A stretch of 64,000 nucleotides of DNA, from NCBI GenBank assembly GCA_963666365.2, contig CAXXNF010000002.1:1632001-1696000 (forward strand), in the 5' to 3' direction. This DNA comes from Syntrophales bacterium (GTDB lineage: Bacteria; Desulfobacterota; Syntrophia; Syntrophales; UBA2210). The stretch's first letter is position 1. Every line of letters begins with the position of its first letter. Under the pieces are notes generated by a model, which worked only from the letters and a program-made list of their open reading frames with translations, did no database searches and had not been told where the DNA came from. The translations under genes were made by a program, and so were the position numbers. Shown piece after piece: positions 19,979 to 31,161 of this stretch.

Positions 19979-21238
19979 TTATTGGGATCCCGATGAACGG
20001 CTGTCTCTATCATTCTGCCATGGCGATCGCAACAGGACGGTCAGCACGATGCCTGCAACGGAAAGGAACGCACAGACAATGAAGGCGGTTCTATAGCTTT
20101 CCGATAGATCAAAAATATAACCGGTCAGCCACGGACCAAGCGCGCCCCCCAGGGCAAATCCGCAAGAGATGAGCCCCAGAATGGCCCCGTGCTCCTTCAG
20201 GCCGAACAGAAAGGCCACCAGGGGCGATTCCGCAGTCACTCCCCCACCATAGGCGATGCCGAAAAGCGCGGCAAAAAAATAGAGCGCCCACGCGCTCCGT
20301 GCGCCGACCAGCAGCATCAGTGCCCCCGCCATAAGGATCAATCCCACGAGAAATATGGTCCTGCTCCCGAACACATCGGCGAGTCTTCCCAGAAGAAGTT
20401 TCCCCGCTATACTGAACCCTCCTATAATGGCGAGGATGCGTGCCGCCCTTGCAGGTGAAAAGCCAAGTTCCATGGCATGGGGGGCGGCATGAACCATCAC
20501 CGAAAACACAGAATAACCGAAACAGATGATCATGGTGAAGTAGAGCCAGAAACGCACGGTGTGCAGGACTTCTCTTCTCATAAGACCTTCCAGTTGCACA
20601 TCGAAATCTCTCACGACAGCGGAGTGAGTCGCTCCGTCGGCGCACTGGCCCGTTTCTGAAGGATCACGCCTGAGAAACTGCGCTGCAAGCAAAACCACTC
20701 CAAGCAGCACTCCCCCAAGGATGACATAGGAAGTCCGCCATCCATAGAGTGTGATAAGACGATGGGCCAGCGGCGGCCCCACCACGGCGCCGATGCCGAT
20801 TGCCGCTGCGATCACGCCCGTCATCATACCTCTTTTACGCTCAAACCAGCGGACTACCGTGGACATGAGGGGCACAAATCCTCCGACCATGCCGGTCCCC
20901 ACGATAAGCCCGTAAAAAAGATAGAGCTGCCACGTGCTGTGCACCATGGACATCAGCATGTACCCGACGCCCAAACATATCCCCGACATGGACATCACGA
21001 AGCGCGGGCCATAGCGGTCGTTCATCCTGCCCACGGCAATCCCCGTCACGCCCATGATCACGGACGAAAGCGAAAAGGCGCCCGAGATCGACGCACGGGA
21101 CCAGCCGAATTCATCGAGCATGGGCTTAAAAAAAACGCCGAAGGAATAGTAGATCCCCCACAGCGCGATCATGATCACCGAGGCGGCGCCGATAATTACA
21201 TAGCCGTAAAATATTTTTGGTTGACGGTGTTGTTTCAT
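19979..21238 (-). CDS. MFS transporter (monocarboxylate/oxalate:formate antiporter-like)
   Basis: 12 TM, GRMNDRYGPR, WFERKRG; start could be 21274. Confidence 0.88.
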   Translation of the reverse strand: MKQHRQPKIFYGYVIIGAASVIMIALWGIYYSFGVFFKPMLDEFGWSRASISGAFSLSSVIMGVTGIAVGRMNDRYGPRFVMSMSGICLGVGYMLMSMVHSTWQLYLFYGLIVGTGMVGGFVPLMSTVVRWFERKRGMMTGVIAAAIGIGAVVGPPLAHRLITLYGWRTSYVILGGVLLGVVLLAAQFLRRDPSETGQCADGATHSAVVRDFDVQLEGLMRREVLHTVRFWLYFTMIICFGYSVFSVMVHAAPHAMELGFSPARAARILAIIGGFSIAGKLLLGRLADVFGSRTIFLVGLILMAGALMLLVGARSAWALYFFAALFGIAYGGGVTAESPLVAFLFGLKEHGAILGLISCGFALGGALGPWLTGYIFDLSESYRTAFIVCAFLSVAGIVLTVLLRSPWQNDRDSRSSGSQ

Positions 21239-21568
21239 ATAGTTGGGTAGATATGTACCATTTATTACATACAAATGCGACTTTATTCAGCACTTTCGCG
21301 TTTCAGGAAACATGGAAACCGCTGATCGACGCCATGGCGGAAATCGGATTTTTCGGGTACTGCCCCTGCACTGCCGATTCTTTTATTTTCAATTTTGCCC
21401 ACATTCCCACAAATAGCTTGATTTCGACAAAAAAAATGTTATTATCCCGAATTAACAATGCTCTGCCTGCCAAGCGGAACGATTTTTTTCTGAAGGAACA
21501 CGTCAGGTGTGCCTGAACATCCTCCAGTTTAAAATCTTGTTATCAAATCATTAAAGGAGGATGTGCTC

Positions 21569-21769
21569 ATGGCAAACGGTACCGTAAAGTGGTTCAATGA
21601 CAAAAAAGGATTCGGCTTCATCGAGCAGGAAGGCGGACCTGATGTGTTCGTGCACCACTCGGCAATCAACGCAAGCGGTTTTAAAAGCCTGAAGGAAGGC
21701 GACAAGGTTTCTTTCGAGATCGAGCAGGGGCAAAAGGGTCCCTCTGCAGTCAATGTGACGGTAAAATAA
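21569..21769 (+). CDS. csp: Cold-shock protein
   Basis: [15 protein letters not shown]...DVFVHHSAI. Confidence 0.97.
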   Translation: MANGTVKWFNDKKGFGFIEQEGGPDVFVHHSAINASGFKSLKEGDKVSFEIEQGQKGPSAVNVTVK

Positions 21770-21782
21770 TCGTTTTTTTTCG

Positions 21783-21824
21783 AAAGGTCTCTCCCTTTGC
21801 AGGAAGGGGGAGCCTTTTGTTTTT
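21783..21824 (+). terminator. Rho-independent terminator after csp
   Basis: AAAGG(T)CTCTCCCTT...AAGGGGGAGCCTTTT followed by T-rich tract. Confidence 0.75.
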
Positions 21825-21931
21825 CAGGCATCATCTCCAAGGAGCTCGAATATCCCCACCTGCAGTATACCGCAGGGGCGGTAATGTTCTGAGCTGCACC
21901 CTTTTTCGAATATACAAGAAAGGATTATAAA

Positions 21932-22216
21932 ATGAATATTTATATAGGTAACTTATCCTTCAGCACCTCGGAAGAATCATTAAAAAAACTGTTCGACGAG
22001 TTCGGAAACGTCGAAACGGCGAAGTTGATTAAAGACAACTACACCGGCAGGTCGAAGGGGTTCGGATTTGTTGAAATGCCCGACAATTCAGAGGCGGATA
22101 AGGCGATCAAAGCCCTCAACGGAAAGCTGATAGACGGGAAAAATATCAAAGTGAACCAGGCAGACTCCGGCAGCAAGAAAAAATCAAAAAAAACGTTTAA
22201 AAGAAGGAGTTACTGA
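21932..22216 (+). CDS. RRM (RNP-1) RNA-binding protein
   Basis: IYIGNL (RNP2) and RSKGFGFVEM (RNP1). Confidence 0.95.
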   Translation: MNIYIGNLSFSTSEESLKKLFDEFGNVETAKLIKDNYTGRSKGFGFVEMPDNSEADKAIKALNGKLIDGKNIKVNQADSGSKKKSKKTFKRRSY

Positions 22217-22388
22217 ATATCGTCGACATTCACGCATGGCACATGCCATGCAATAGTTCCGTCAGGGAACGCGCCGTTTTCCCCCCGCTTTTTTTCATCG
22301 AGCAGACACCCCTTGACGGCTGACTCCCGCAGCGCCACAGCGCATTTCCCGCATACGATTATTTTATGCTGCACGCGTTCACGCCTCA

Positions 22389-22859
22389 TCATGATTCCAA
22401 AGCTTCCCGCACTTTCACCTCCAGGGTACGGCTGGAAAAGGGTTTCTGGATGAAATTCAATCCCTCATCCAGCACACCCCGGTGAGCGATGACGTTTGCC
22501 CTATAGCCGGACATGAAAAGAACCTTGAGCTTGCCCACCCCGCCGATGGCATCCCGGGCATTGCCACACAGATTGGCCAGGAGCTGGTCGAGTTGGGCGG
22601 GGTCCACGAAAACCGGCATGCGGCCGGTCCCGGACCGTCAGAACAGGTCGATGTCCTCGCCGATGAGCCGGCGCAGCATTTTGAGCATCCCTTCCACGGT
22701 TTTATTCAGTTCTATCACCTTGGGATCAATGGTCTGCCTGCCGGCAAAGGCCAGTAACTGACGGGTGATGTCCGCAGAACGCCGGGCTGCGTTGAGAACT
22801 TCCTCCAGATCCTCGCGCAGCCTGGCGTCCGGTGTCATCTTCCGCAGGGCGCAGAACAA
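22389..22859 (-). pseudogene. Collapsed hybrid histidine kinase remnant
   Basis: HisKA/HATPase fragments joined directly to the receiver C-terminus; internal stop; paralogous to 26684-28120. Confidence 0.85.
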
Positions 22860-23053
22860 AAAAAATAGAAAACCGTCCTGCGATTCATTCAGAAGAAATC
22901 CGCTGACGGCATCCGCCGGGCCTGCGGTCCTTCGCCTTCCAGAAATTATCTGTGGGCACAGGTTTCGTCAATATCGTCAATAAAAAAATTAAAGATCTCT
23001 CACTGCAAATGTGCTACAAGGCTTCTAATTATATAATTGCCAAGTGATTATTT

Positions 23054-23662
23054 ATGAACAAAATCCTCATTCTCTTTGCCCACCCGCGGTTTGAAAAATC
23101 AAAAATCAATCGCGCTCTGCTTGCGAATATCGGACAGATGCACGAAGTTTCACTGCACGATCTGTACGAGGAATACCCCGATTTCAATGTCGATATCGAA
23201 CGTGAAAAAGAATTGCTGCGGGCACAGGACATCATTGCCTGGCATCACCCTTTTTACCTGTACAGTGCGCCGGCACTGCTCAAACAATGGATGGACATGG
23301 TACTGGAACACGGGTGGGCGCACGGAAGCCGCGGAAATAATCTTAAGGATAAACTAATCTTCAATGTGCTTACCATCGGAGGAACCAGAGAAGCCTACAC
23401 TGCCCAGGGCCACAACAAATTTACCATCGGAGAATTTCTCACCCCCTTTGAGCAGACCGCCAATCTGTGCAAAATGACATACCTGCCGCCCTTTGCCGTC
23501 CACGGCACCCACCTTTTAACCGAAAACGATCTGGCCGGTTATGCCCGCCTTTATGAGACGCTTTTAGAGAGGCTTGCCCAGGGCGCATTTGAAGTTGAAA
23601 CAATCCGAAACTATGCGTACCTCAACGATTGGCTCGCTGAAGAAACGGGGACAACTTTATGA
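23054..23662 (+). CDS. kefG: KefG/KefF-like NAD(P)H oxidoreductase (flavodoxin-like)
   Basis: ILFAHP, HDLYEEYPDF, YSAPALLKQWMD; overlaps the antiporter gene. Confidence 0.88.
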   Translation: MNKILILFAHPRFEKSKINRALLANIGQMHEVSLHDLYEEYPDFNVDIEREKELLRAQDIIAWHHPFYLYSAPALLKQWMDMVLEHGWAHGSRGNNLKDKLIFNVLTIGGTREAYTAQGHNKFTIGEFLTPFEQTANLCKMTYLPPFAVHGTHLLTENDLAGYARLYETLLERLAQGAFEVETIRNYAYLNDWLAEETGTTL

Positions 23663-25539
23663 GCGCCTCATTCTTGCACGACGCGGTACTGTACCTGGCT
23701 GCTGCCGTATTTTTCGTCCCGGTCGCCAAAAGGCTGGGAATGGGCTCCGTATTGGGATATCTGATAGGCGGCATCATCATCGGACCTTTTTTTCTGGGTT
23801 TTGTCGGCGAAGAGGGAAAAGACATCATGCACTTTGCCGAATTCGGCGTGGTAATGATGCTTTTTCTCATCGGGTTGGAACTGGAGCCGACCGCGTTCTG
23901 GCGGATGCGCAAAATTATCTTCGGCACAGGCATACTGCAGATGGGCGCGACCACCCTTTTATGCTTTGCGGCCTTATTATTACTGGACTTTCCCTGGCAG
24001 GCGGCCTTAGCCTGCGGGCTGGCTCTCTCCATGTCTTCCACGGCAATTGTAATGCAAACGCTCCGGGAAAAGGGACTTACCAAAACGCAATCAGGCCGGA
24101 GCTCCTTTGCCGTGCTCCTTTTTCAGGACATTGCGGTAATCCCCATTCTGGCCCTCCTGCCGCTTCTTGCCTCGTCAGGGATCCCCGTGTCTTCAGCAGG
24201 GCATGCGTCGTCGTTAACGGAAGGATTGCCCGGATGGGCTCAGACCCTCGTTCTGCTGGCTGCCGCAAACGCGGTAGTCCTTGCCGGCAGATTCCTGTTT
24301 GTACCTTTTTTGCGCTTTATCGCCCGTATACGTCTGCGGGAGTTATTCACGGCGGCGGCATTGCTGATCGTTATCGCCACGGCCGATCTGATGACCATCG
24401 TGGGCCTGAGCCCCGCGCTGGGAACATTTCTTGCGGGTGTGGTTCTGGCAAACAGCGAATTCCGCCACGAATTGGAAAGCGACATCGAACCATTTAAGGG
24501 GGTGCTGCTCGGATTGTTTTTCATTGCTGTCGGGGCCTCCATAAATTTCACGTTAATTCTCGCGAATCCATTCACCGTTGCCCTTCTGGTTTTCGGTCTC
24601 ATGGCAATTAAGGCAACGGTTCTTTTCACCACCGGTAAATTCTCGCGCCTCAGTTTTGACCAGAATATGATTTTCACTTTGGGATTGTCGCAAGTAGGAG
24701 AATTCGCTTTTGTTCTTTTCGCATTCATATCACAGCTCAAAATACTCTCGGCCCATTGGACGGACATGATGATGGGTGCGACCGCCATCAGCATGACGGT
24801 GACGCCGCTTCTTTTACTGGTCAATGACCGTCTTGTGCTGCCCAGGTTTGGCACAAAAGAATCGGCCGACGAAAAAGAAGCTGATATAATTGACGCACGC
24901 GACCCGGTAATAATCGTGGGATTTGGTCACTTCGGCAGCACCGTCGGCCGTTTTCTCCGTGCCAACGGCGTAAATGCCGTTATTTTGGACAACGATTCCG
25001 ACCGGGTGGATCTTTTAAGGAAAATGGGGTGTAACGTCCACTACGGTGATGCCACGCGCGTAGACATCCTGAAAAGCGCGGGGGCTGCTGAGGCTCAACT
25101 GCTTATTGCCGCCATCGATTCGCCGGAAACAAATTTTTTCCTTGTGAATACAATAAAAAAGGAGTTTCCTCACCTGAAAATCATGGTCCGGGCAAAAAGC
25201 AGAACGGACGCCTACGAACTGATCGACGCGGGCGTGGAAAACATTTACCGCGAATCGCTCGATACATCGGTGCGCCTTGGCATTGACGCGCTGGTTGCGC
25301 TTGGTTTTCGTAAATACAGCGCCACCCGTGCGGGTCAAAACTTTATCAAATATGACGAGGCGGCATTGAAAAAACTGGCAGCCCATCGTCACGATCAGGA
25401 TGCCTATATCTTCAATTCTCGCGAGCAGATTGAGCTTCAGGAACAATTGCTGACCAGCGACCGAGAAGCGAGTCCCAATCTTAACGATCACGCCTGGGAC
25501 AGCGAATCGTTAAAGAAAAATATTTCAAAAGAACCATAG
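23659..25539 (+). CDS. kefB: KefB/KefC-type CPA2 potassium/proton antiporter with KTN domain
   Basis: FAEFGVV, LLFQD, HELESDIEPFKG, GFGHFG, YGDATR. Confidence 0.9.
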   Translation: MSASFLHDAVLYLAAAVFFVPVAKRLGMGSVLGYLIGGIIIGPFFLGFVGEEGKDIMHFAEFGVVMMLFLIGLELEPTAFWRMRKIIFGTGILQMGATTLLCFAALLLLDFPWQAALACGLALSMSSTAIVMQTLREKGLTKTQSGRSSFAVLLFQDIAVIPILALLPLLASSGIPVSSAGHASSLTEGLPGWAQTLVLLAAANAVVLAGRFLFVPFLRFIARIRLRELFTAAALLIVIATADLMTIVGLSPALGTFLAGVVLANSEFRHELESDIEPFKGVLLGLFFIAVGASINFTLILANPFTVALLVFGLMAIKATVLFTTGKFSRLSFDQNMIFTLGLSQVGEFAFVLFAFISQLKILSAHWTDMMMGATAISMTVTPLLLLVNDRLVLPRFGTKESADEKEADIIDARDPVIIVGFGHFGSTVGRFLRANGVNAVILDNDSDRVDLLRKMGCNVHYGDATRVDILKSAGAAEAQLLIAAIDSPETNFFLVNTIKKEFPHLKIMVRAKSRTDAYELIDAGVENIYRESLDTSVRLGIDALVALGFRKYSATRAGQNFIKYDEAALKKLAAHRHDQDAYIFNSREQIELQEQLLTSDREASPNLNDHAWDSESLKKNISKEP

Positions 25540-25542
25540 TTG

Positions 25543-26010
25543 CTAATTGTCCTCGAAATCATCCTCGTCACCAGGATATTGCGGTGGAGCTTCACCAACA
25601 GCCTTGATAAGTCTTACCCTTTTTCTATTATTTTCAATCTCTATAACCTTTTCCACGCGAATGCGATGCCACCAATCATCACCAAAGTCAAACAAGTAGT
25701 GAAAAACATCCCTTTCAGCCAAATTAGCGCTACCTATTTTAGTGTTTGAAGCTGATTTTTTCTTTTTCCCGTATCCCATCATACCTTCAGTATTGTGAGG
25801 ATGGGTAATTTCCGGAGCATTTATTATAGATCTCATACTTTGAGTATCCGCTTTTGTCACATAGAATGAATATAAATGCGGATCATATCGATTAAAGGCA
25901 TTAAATATAGCCTTATGCAAATCATCAAATGTGCAATTCTCGCTGACTTCAATTATTCTGTACAATTTTGGAATGCCGATTATTGATACTTTCAATTCGT
26001 AATTCTTCAT
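25543..26010 (-). CDS. pRiA4b ORF-3 family protein
   Basis: TFDDLHKAI, HLYSF, YLFDFGDDWWH. Confidence 0.8.
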   Translation of the reverse strand: MKNYELKVSIIGIPKLYRIIEVSENCTFDDLHKAIFNAFNRYDPHLYSFYVTKADTQSMRSIINAPEITHPHNTEGMMGYGKKKKSASNTKIGSANLAERDVFHYLFDFGDDWWHRIRVEKVIEIENNRKRVRLIKAVGEAPPQYPGDEDDFEDN

Positions 26011-26408
26011 ACCGCGATCCTTTTCACGCCCTTAAAAGTCGGCTTTTAATTTAAAAAAACCCTGCCTCTCTTATCGAAAATAGTGCTTATGCCTTCAAAT
26101 CACATTTTCCTCTGCGCTATGAAGGTTTCAGTATGTATGTAATCTGATGAAATTGAAGAAATACTTAGAATTTAACTAATCCCACATTCAAGGTTTGTCA
26201 AGCTTTCAAACTATTTTTCCAATCACGATCAACCGGGTCTCTATTACTTCCCTGCCGGTATGCCGGTACATCGATGGTATGTACATGCGGCGGCTTCAAC
26301 TCCACTTTTTGTTGCGGGATCGAACTACAGGGTTTACTATCACTCAATGAAGATGTTTTTATACTGTCAGAACAGGCATTTACGTCGTGGATATTTGAAC
26401 AGGACGAG

Positions 26409-28120
26409 ATGTTTTTCCTGGCACTTGGATTGTTGTGCAGTCTGTTTGTGCCGACGGCGGTCATGGCGCAAAGTCCGATCCTCTCCGCCTTAGAGATCAA
26501 TTATCCGCCTTTTTGCTTTGTCGATGATGATAGCCGGGCCGGGGGTTTTTCAGTGGAATTGATGCGCGCGGCCTTGGCCTCCATGGGCCGCACTGTTACC
26601 TTTCGAACCGGCCCCTGGGCTGAAGTCAGGGGATGGCTGGAGCGTTGATTTGAGCAATAATACCTGCACATGGTCGGACAAAGTTGCCGATATTCATGAG
26701 ATGCCCAGGTGCTATGTACCGTCCCCTACTGGACGGCATAAATTTTTACGCCCCGGAATGGCGGGATAAGATTATGCAGGTTTTCGCGGATTGTGCCGAA
26801 AAAGGCATCCCCTATGATGAAGAAATGGAAATTATCACCCGCAAGGGAAGGCGGGTCTGGGTTCGAGCCACGGGAGAAGCCATTCGAAATGAAAAGGGTG
26901 AAATTGTAGAGGTTCAAGGATCGTTCCAGGACATCACCGACCGCAAACGGGCCGAGGAAGAACAGGATAAACTCCAGGCGCAGCTTATCCAGGCCCAGAA
27001 GATGGAATCCGTGGGCCGCCTGGCCGGGGGCGTGGCCCACGATTTTAACAACATGCTGGGCGTGATCATGGGCAATGCGGAGTTGGCACTGGAAAAAGCG
27101 GTGCCGAATGATCACCTGCATGAAAATCTGAGGGATATTATCGATGCGGCCCGCCGTTCCTCGGATATCACCCGGCAACTGCTGGCCTTCGCCCGTAGAC
27201 AGACCATTGACCCCAAGGTGATCGACCTGAATAAAACCGTGGAAAAGATGCTCAAAATGCTGCGCCGGCTTATCGGCGAGGACATTGATTTTTCCTGGCA
27301 GCCCTTTTCAGGTTTATGGCCCGTAAAAATGGACCCGTCCCAGCTCGATCAGCTTCTCTCAAATCTTCTGATCAACGCCAGGGCCGCCATCGAAGGGGTG
27401 GGTCGGGTCACCATTGAAACAGACAATGTGACTTTTGATGAGGCCTACTGCAATGACCACGCAGGCTTTGTGCCCGGCGATTTCGTTTTGCTGGCCGCCA
27501 GCGACGGCGGCTGCGGCATGGACAGGAACACCCTCGAGAATATTTTTGAACCGTTTTTTACTACAAAGGCCGTAGGCCAAGGCACCGGCTTGGGATTGTC
27601 CACGGTGTACGGCATTGTCAAACAGAATGACGGGGTCATCAACGTGTACAGCGAGCCGGATAAGGGCACGACCTTCCAGATCTATCTGCCTCGGCATGGG
27701 AGGGAAACCGCCGTGATCACGGCGAAAGACCAAGAGAATGTTCCGGTTAGCCAAGGCGAAACCGTGCTGATCGTTGAAGATGAAATATCCTTATTAGATC
27801 TGACCCGAAGGTTCCTCGACAGGCTGGGCTACGCGGTGCTGGAGGCATCTACCCCGGCCCGGGCTATGGATCTTGCCAGGGATCATAAGGGGAAGATCCA
27901 CCTTTTGATCACCGACGTGGTGATGCCTGAAATGAATGGCAAAGACCTGGCCGAACGTTTGCAAGCCCTTTACCCGGATCTCAGGGGGTTGTTCATGTCC
28001 GGGTACACGACCAATGTCATCGCCCATCGAGCAGTGCTGAATGAGGGCGTGCATTTCATGCAAAAGCCGTTTTTCATCAAAGACCTGGCGGTTAAGGTGC
28101 GCGAGGCATTGGATGGATGA
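26409..28120 (+). pseudogene. Degraded hybrid sensor kinase (solute-binding fragment, broken PAS, intact HisKA-HATPase-REC in ORF 26684-28120)
   Basis: NYPPF...PWAE solute-binding start stops at 26648; [30 protein letters not shown] downstream. Confidence 0.75.
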
Positions 28121-28550
28121 GTTCAAGCAAAGAAAGTATGACGGCCCTGTATTTTAAAATTCCACAGGCCAGCTCTCCGACGACTAATGGAGGTGCGACA
28201 TCCCTTCGCCGTAACGCCGATGACCTCAAGCACAGGAACTTTCTCTACAATCCAAAAGCAGCATAAATTGTCAAATAACTAAGTTGCTACCAGTAATTTA
28301 CAATTATGTCATTTACTGTTTGCCACTTTCCTCGTAATATGCTAAGTATTTCCTGTAGATTCAATATGTTGCAGGTGAACGACATGGCACATGCACAAGA
28401 CCACAAGATCGGTTACATTTTCGATCCCTGGCGACAAAAGCCATGTGCATGGCATCATCATAAAGGAGACAATGCAATTACTATATGGGGATAAAAAGTC
28501 AAATACTGAATAAAGAATCCTATTGCAAAAAGTAACTAGACAATCGGCTA

Positions 28551-28928
28551 TGCATTGTGTGCGGTACGTTCTCGGCCGATTTTTTTGTCAATCCCGAATC
28601 ACTTTAAGATCCCTACGATTTCATTGTCTCCACAGAGGTCACCGAACACTTTCATCGGCCGGCCGAGGAGTTCGCTCGTTTCAACCGGATGTTGCACCTC
28701 GACGGATGGTTGGAGCTTATAACCTGCTTCCACGCGGACAACGACAGTTTCGAAACCTGTCTTTACCGTCACGATCCGACTAATGTGGTGTTTTTTCGTG
28801 AGGAGAGAATGCGTTACATTGCGCGCCGGTTCAGGTGGCGCTGTGAAATGCCTTTAAAAGATGTTGCATTGATGCAAAAACCCTATGACACAAAAATCAC
28901 GCACAAGGGAACCTGTCATCATGAGTGA
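28551..28928 (+). pseudogene. Class I SAM methyltransferase remnant
   Basis: CIVCG start, then after a stop YDFIVSTEVTEHFHRP...YRHDPTNVVFF; the SAM-binding motif is missing. Confidence 0.65.
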
Positions 28929-29263
28929 TTCAATTGACCTCGAATATTTCAAAAAGCACCTTGAGCAGCGTCTGAAAGAGATCACCGACGGCCAGAAGGC
29001 GGACCGCCCCCTGGAACTGGACCAGTCGCGCATCGGCCGGCTGTCCCGCATGGACGCCATGCAACAGCAGGCCATGACCCAGGCCGGCCGCGCGTCTAGT
29101 CGCAATTGAGGAACAGCGCATCCGAACGGCGCTCAAGCGCATGGCTGCCGGTGACTACGGATATTGCATGCGTTGCGATGAAGAGATCGCCGAAGAGCGG
29201 CTGCGGGTGGACCCGAGTGTCCTTACCTGCATCGCCTGCGCCCGGGCCGAGGACAATGGATGA
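28921..29263 (+). pseudogene. TraR/DksA C4 zinc-finger gene, frameshifted
   Basis: LDQSRIGRLSRMDAMQQQAM in one frame, YGYCMRCDEEIAEERL...CIACA in another. Confidence 0.85.
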
Positions 29264-29294
29264 CTCGTGATGCGCAAGGAATGGAGGTAACAGA

Positions 29295-30074
29295 ATGATC
29301 GGTGCTATCGCCGGCGATATTATCGGCTCGGTATACGAAGCCCATCCCATCAAAACCAAGGATTTCAACCTTTTTCATCCCCGGAGCCGCTTCACCGACG
29401 ACTCCGTGCTTACTATTGCGGTGGCTCAGGCGATTTTGACCGATGGCGATTACCGCCGCTGGGTATGGGAAATCGGCCGTCGCCATCCCCATGCCGGATA
29501 CGGGGGAAGCTTCATCGCTTGGCTCCATTCCAGCGATCCCCAACCCTACAACAGCTGGGGCAACGGGGCGGCCATGCGGGTCAGTCCCGTAGGGTGGGCC
29601 TTTGACACCATCGATGATGTCTTACGCGAGGCGGCTCGGACAGCGGAAATTTCGCACAACCATCCCGAAGGGATCAAAGGTGCCCAAGCCGCCGCGCTTT
29701 CCGTTTTCCTGGCCAGAACGACACGGAACAAGGAATTGATTAAAAGTGAAATTTTTGAAAGATTCGGTTACGATCTTGACCGTACGGTGGATCGTATCCG
29801 GCCGTCCTACAGCTTTGATGTATCCTGCCAGGGAACGGTGCCGGAAGCCATCATCTCCTTTCTGGAGGCAGACTCCTACGAGGATGCGGTCCGAAACGCA
29901 ATATCTTTAGGGGGCGACAGCGACACGCTCGCCTGTATCACGGGCGCCATTGCCGAAGCATGCTACGGGGAGATCGGACAGCCTGTCATGGAAAAAGTGA
30001 AAACATACCTGACGCCGGACCTTTGGTCGATAACAGAAGAATTTTGCCGCAATTACGTTGGTCAAAAAGACTGA
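29295..30074 (+). CDS. ADP-ribosylglycohydrolase family protein
   Basis: GAIAGDIIGS, FTDDS, GNGAAMR, GGDSDT. Confidence 0.93.
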   Translation: MIGAIAGDIIGSVYEAHPIKTKDFNLFHPRSRFTDDSVLTIAVAQAILTDGDYRRWVWEIGRRHPHAGYGGSFIAWLHSSDPQPYNSWGNGAAMRVSPVGWAFDTIDDVLREAARTAEISHNHPEGIKGAQAAALSVFLARTTRNKELIKSEIFERFGYDLDRTVDRIRPSYSFDVSCQGTVPEAIISFLEADSYEDAVRNAISLGGDSDTLACITGAIAEACYGEIGQPVMEKVKTYLTPDLWSITEEFCRNYVGQKD

Positions 30075-30080
30075 CTTCTT

Positions 30081-30185
30081 TTTTCAGAGGACGACAGATC
30101 ATGCCGCGTGTTCGTCCGCCGCAGGCGGCGGCAGGCATTGTAAGTCACGGCCTCGCTCATCCCGACCGCCTGCGGTCGGGATGAA
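30081..30185 (-). repeat. Truncated long copy of the G|TT-inserting palindromic element
   Basis: Begins G|TTCATCCCGACCGCAGGCGGTCGGGATGA and shares TGCCGCCGCCTGCGGCGGACGAACACGCGGC with 32032-32176. Confidence 0.8.
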
Positions 30186-30482
30186 CATTGTCTGGACGGG
30201 TCAGCATAAGAATCGCTAATACATTTTTACAGCCGCACCACATGCAATAACGTACACATACGCCGGTATTGGAAAACAGGCGTGTGTCTAAAAAAATGGG
30301 GGAGGTGTGTTTCATATAAGCAGATGCGCAACCGACTTGATTAACAAAAGTTGATGGTCGGCGCAAAGCGCCGAACAGCATGCCGATGGTAATTCGCGGG
30401 GCCGATGGCACGGCGCGCAGCGTCCGTGCCATTGTATTTCTCAGCGGCAAGTAAAACGAGTCTGAAGAAAAATGTTGGCCCA

Positions 30483-30866
30483 TCATTTTTTATAGGCAGG
30501 CTTCAAACCTTTGATCATAGGGTAATGTTTAACATTTAAAGTCTTAAATTTTGCATTTTCTTTGTCAGCCGTTGCCGCCAATATTGCATCCGCCAGACCA
30601 ACTCCATGAGATTTGCCGAAATCACGTTTGTATAAACCTCCTGCTTTGGCGATCTCAGAGTCTATCGGAACTACACGGAAGAGGGAGACAAAATTATCTA
30701 ATACAGTTAGCTCATTAGTTCCCTTCACACCTGCGTATAATTCGGCAATGACTATTGGAGATAGGATGATATGAGCAGAGAATTCATCAATAAAAGAAAT
30801 GGCTTTATCGTTGCCACGCAAGAAATCAACCAAAATATCGGTATCTACAAGTATCGCGTTTGGCAT
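30483..30866 (-). CDS. vapC: VapC PIN-domain toxin
   Basis: LVDTDIL, AELYAG, ADAILAATA, TLNVKHY. Confidence 0.92.
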   Translation of the reverse strand: MPNAILVDTDILVDFLRGNDKAISFIDEFSAHIILSPIVIAELYAGVKGTNELTVLDNFVSLFRVVPIDSEIAKAGGLYKRDFGKSHGVGLADAILAATADKENAKFKTLNVKHYPMIKGLKPAYKK

Positions 30867-30871
30867 GCCAA

Positions 30872-31102
30872 TTACCTGTCCCATTCAGATCGAATTGCCC
30901 TGAAATCAGGAAGGTCGTCTCGATTTTTCCAGATTCCAGCAGCTTCTTTCAATGCCGCATTTTTTCGGTTTCGTCCGGTTTGATCAATGAATCGATCAAT
31001 AGCCTCACGAATAATTTCGCTCTGCTTTTTTCCCATATTTTCCGCTATTACGGCAAGTTTTGCACGCTGCTTGTCGGTAAGGTAAATTTGGGTACGTATC
31101 AT
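30872..31102 (-). CDS. CopG/RHH antitoxin
   Basis: MIRTQIYL...SEIIREAID; directly upstream of vapC. Confidence 0.88.
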   Translation of the reverse strand: MIRTQIYLTDKQRAKLAVIAENMGKKQSEIIREAIDRFIDQTGRNRKNAALKEAAGIWKNRDDLPDFRAIRSEWDR

Positions 31103-31161
31103 ACAGCACCTCAATATTTAATGTATACATCACACATATACATTGCATCGTTGATTTGTCA

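Noticed and set aside
29090..29115. Programmed frameshift in the dksA-like gene
   Set aside because: No slippery heptamer seen, and neighbouring genes are also decayed; mutation or sequencing error is simpler
30405..30481. attC after vapC (GGCCAAC...CTTCAG...CTGAG...AATGGC)
   Set aside because: Has an R''-like start and partial stem but no GTT at the R' position; at best degenerate
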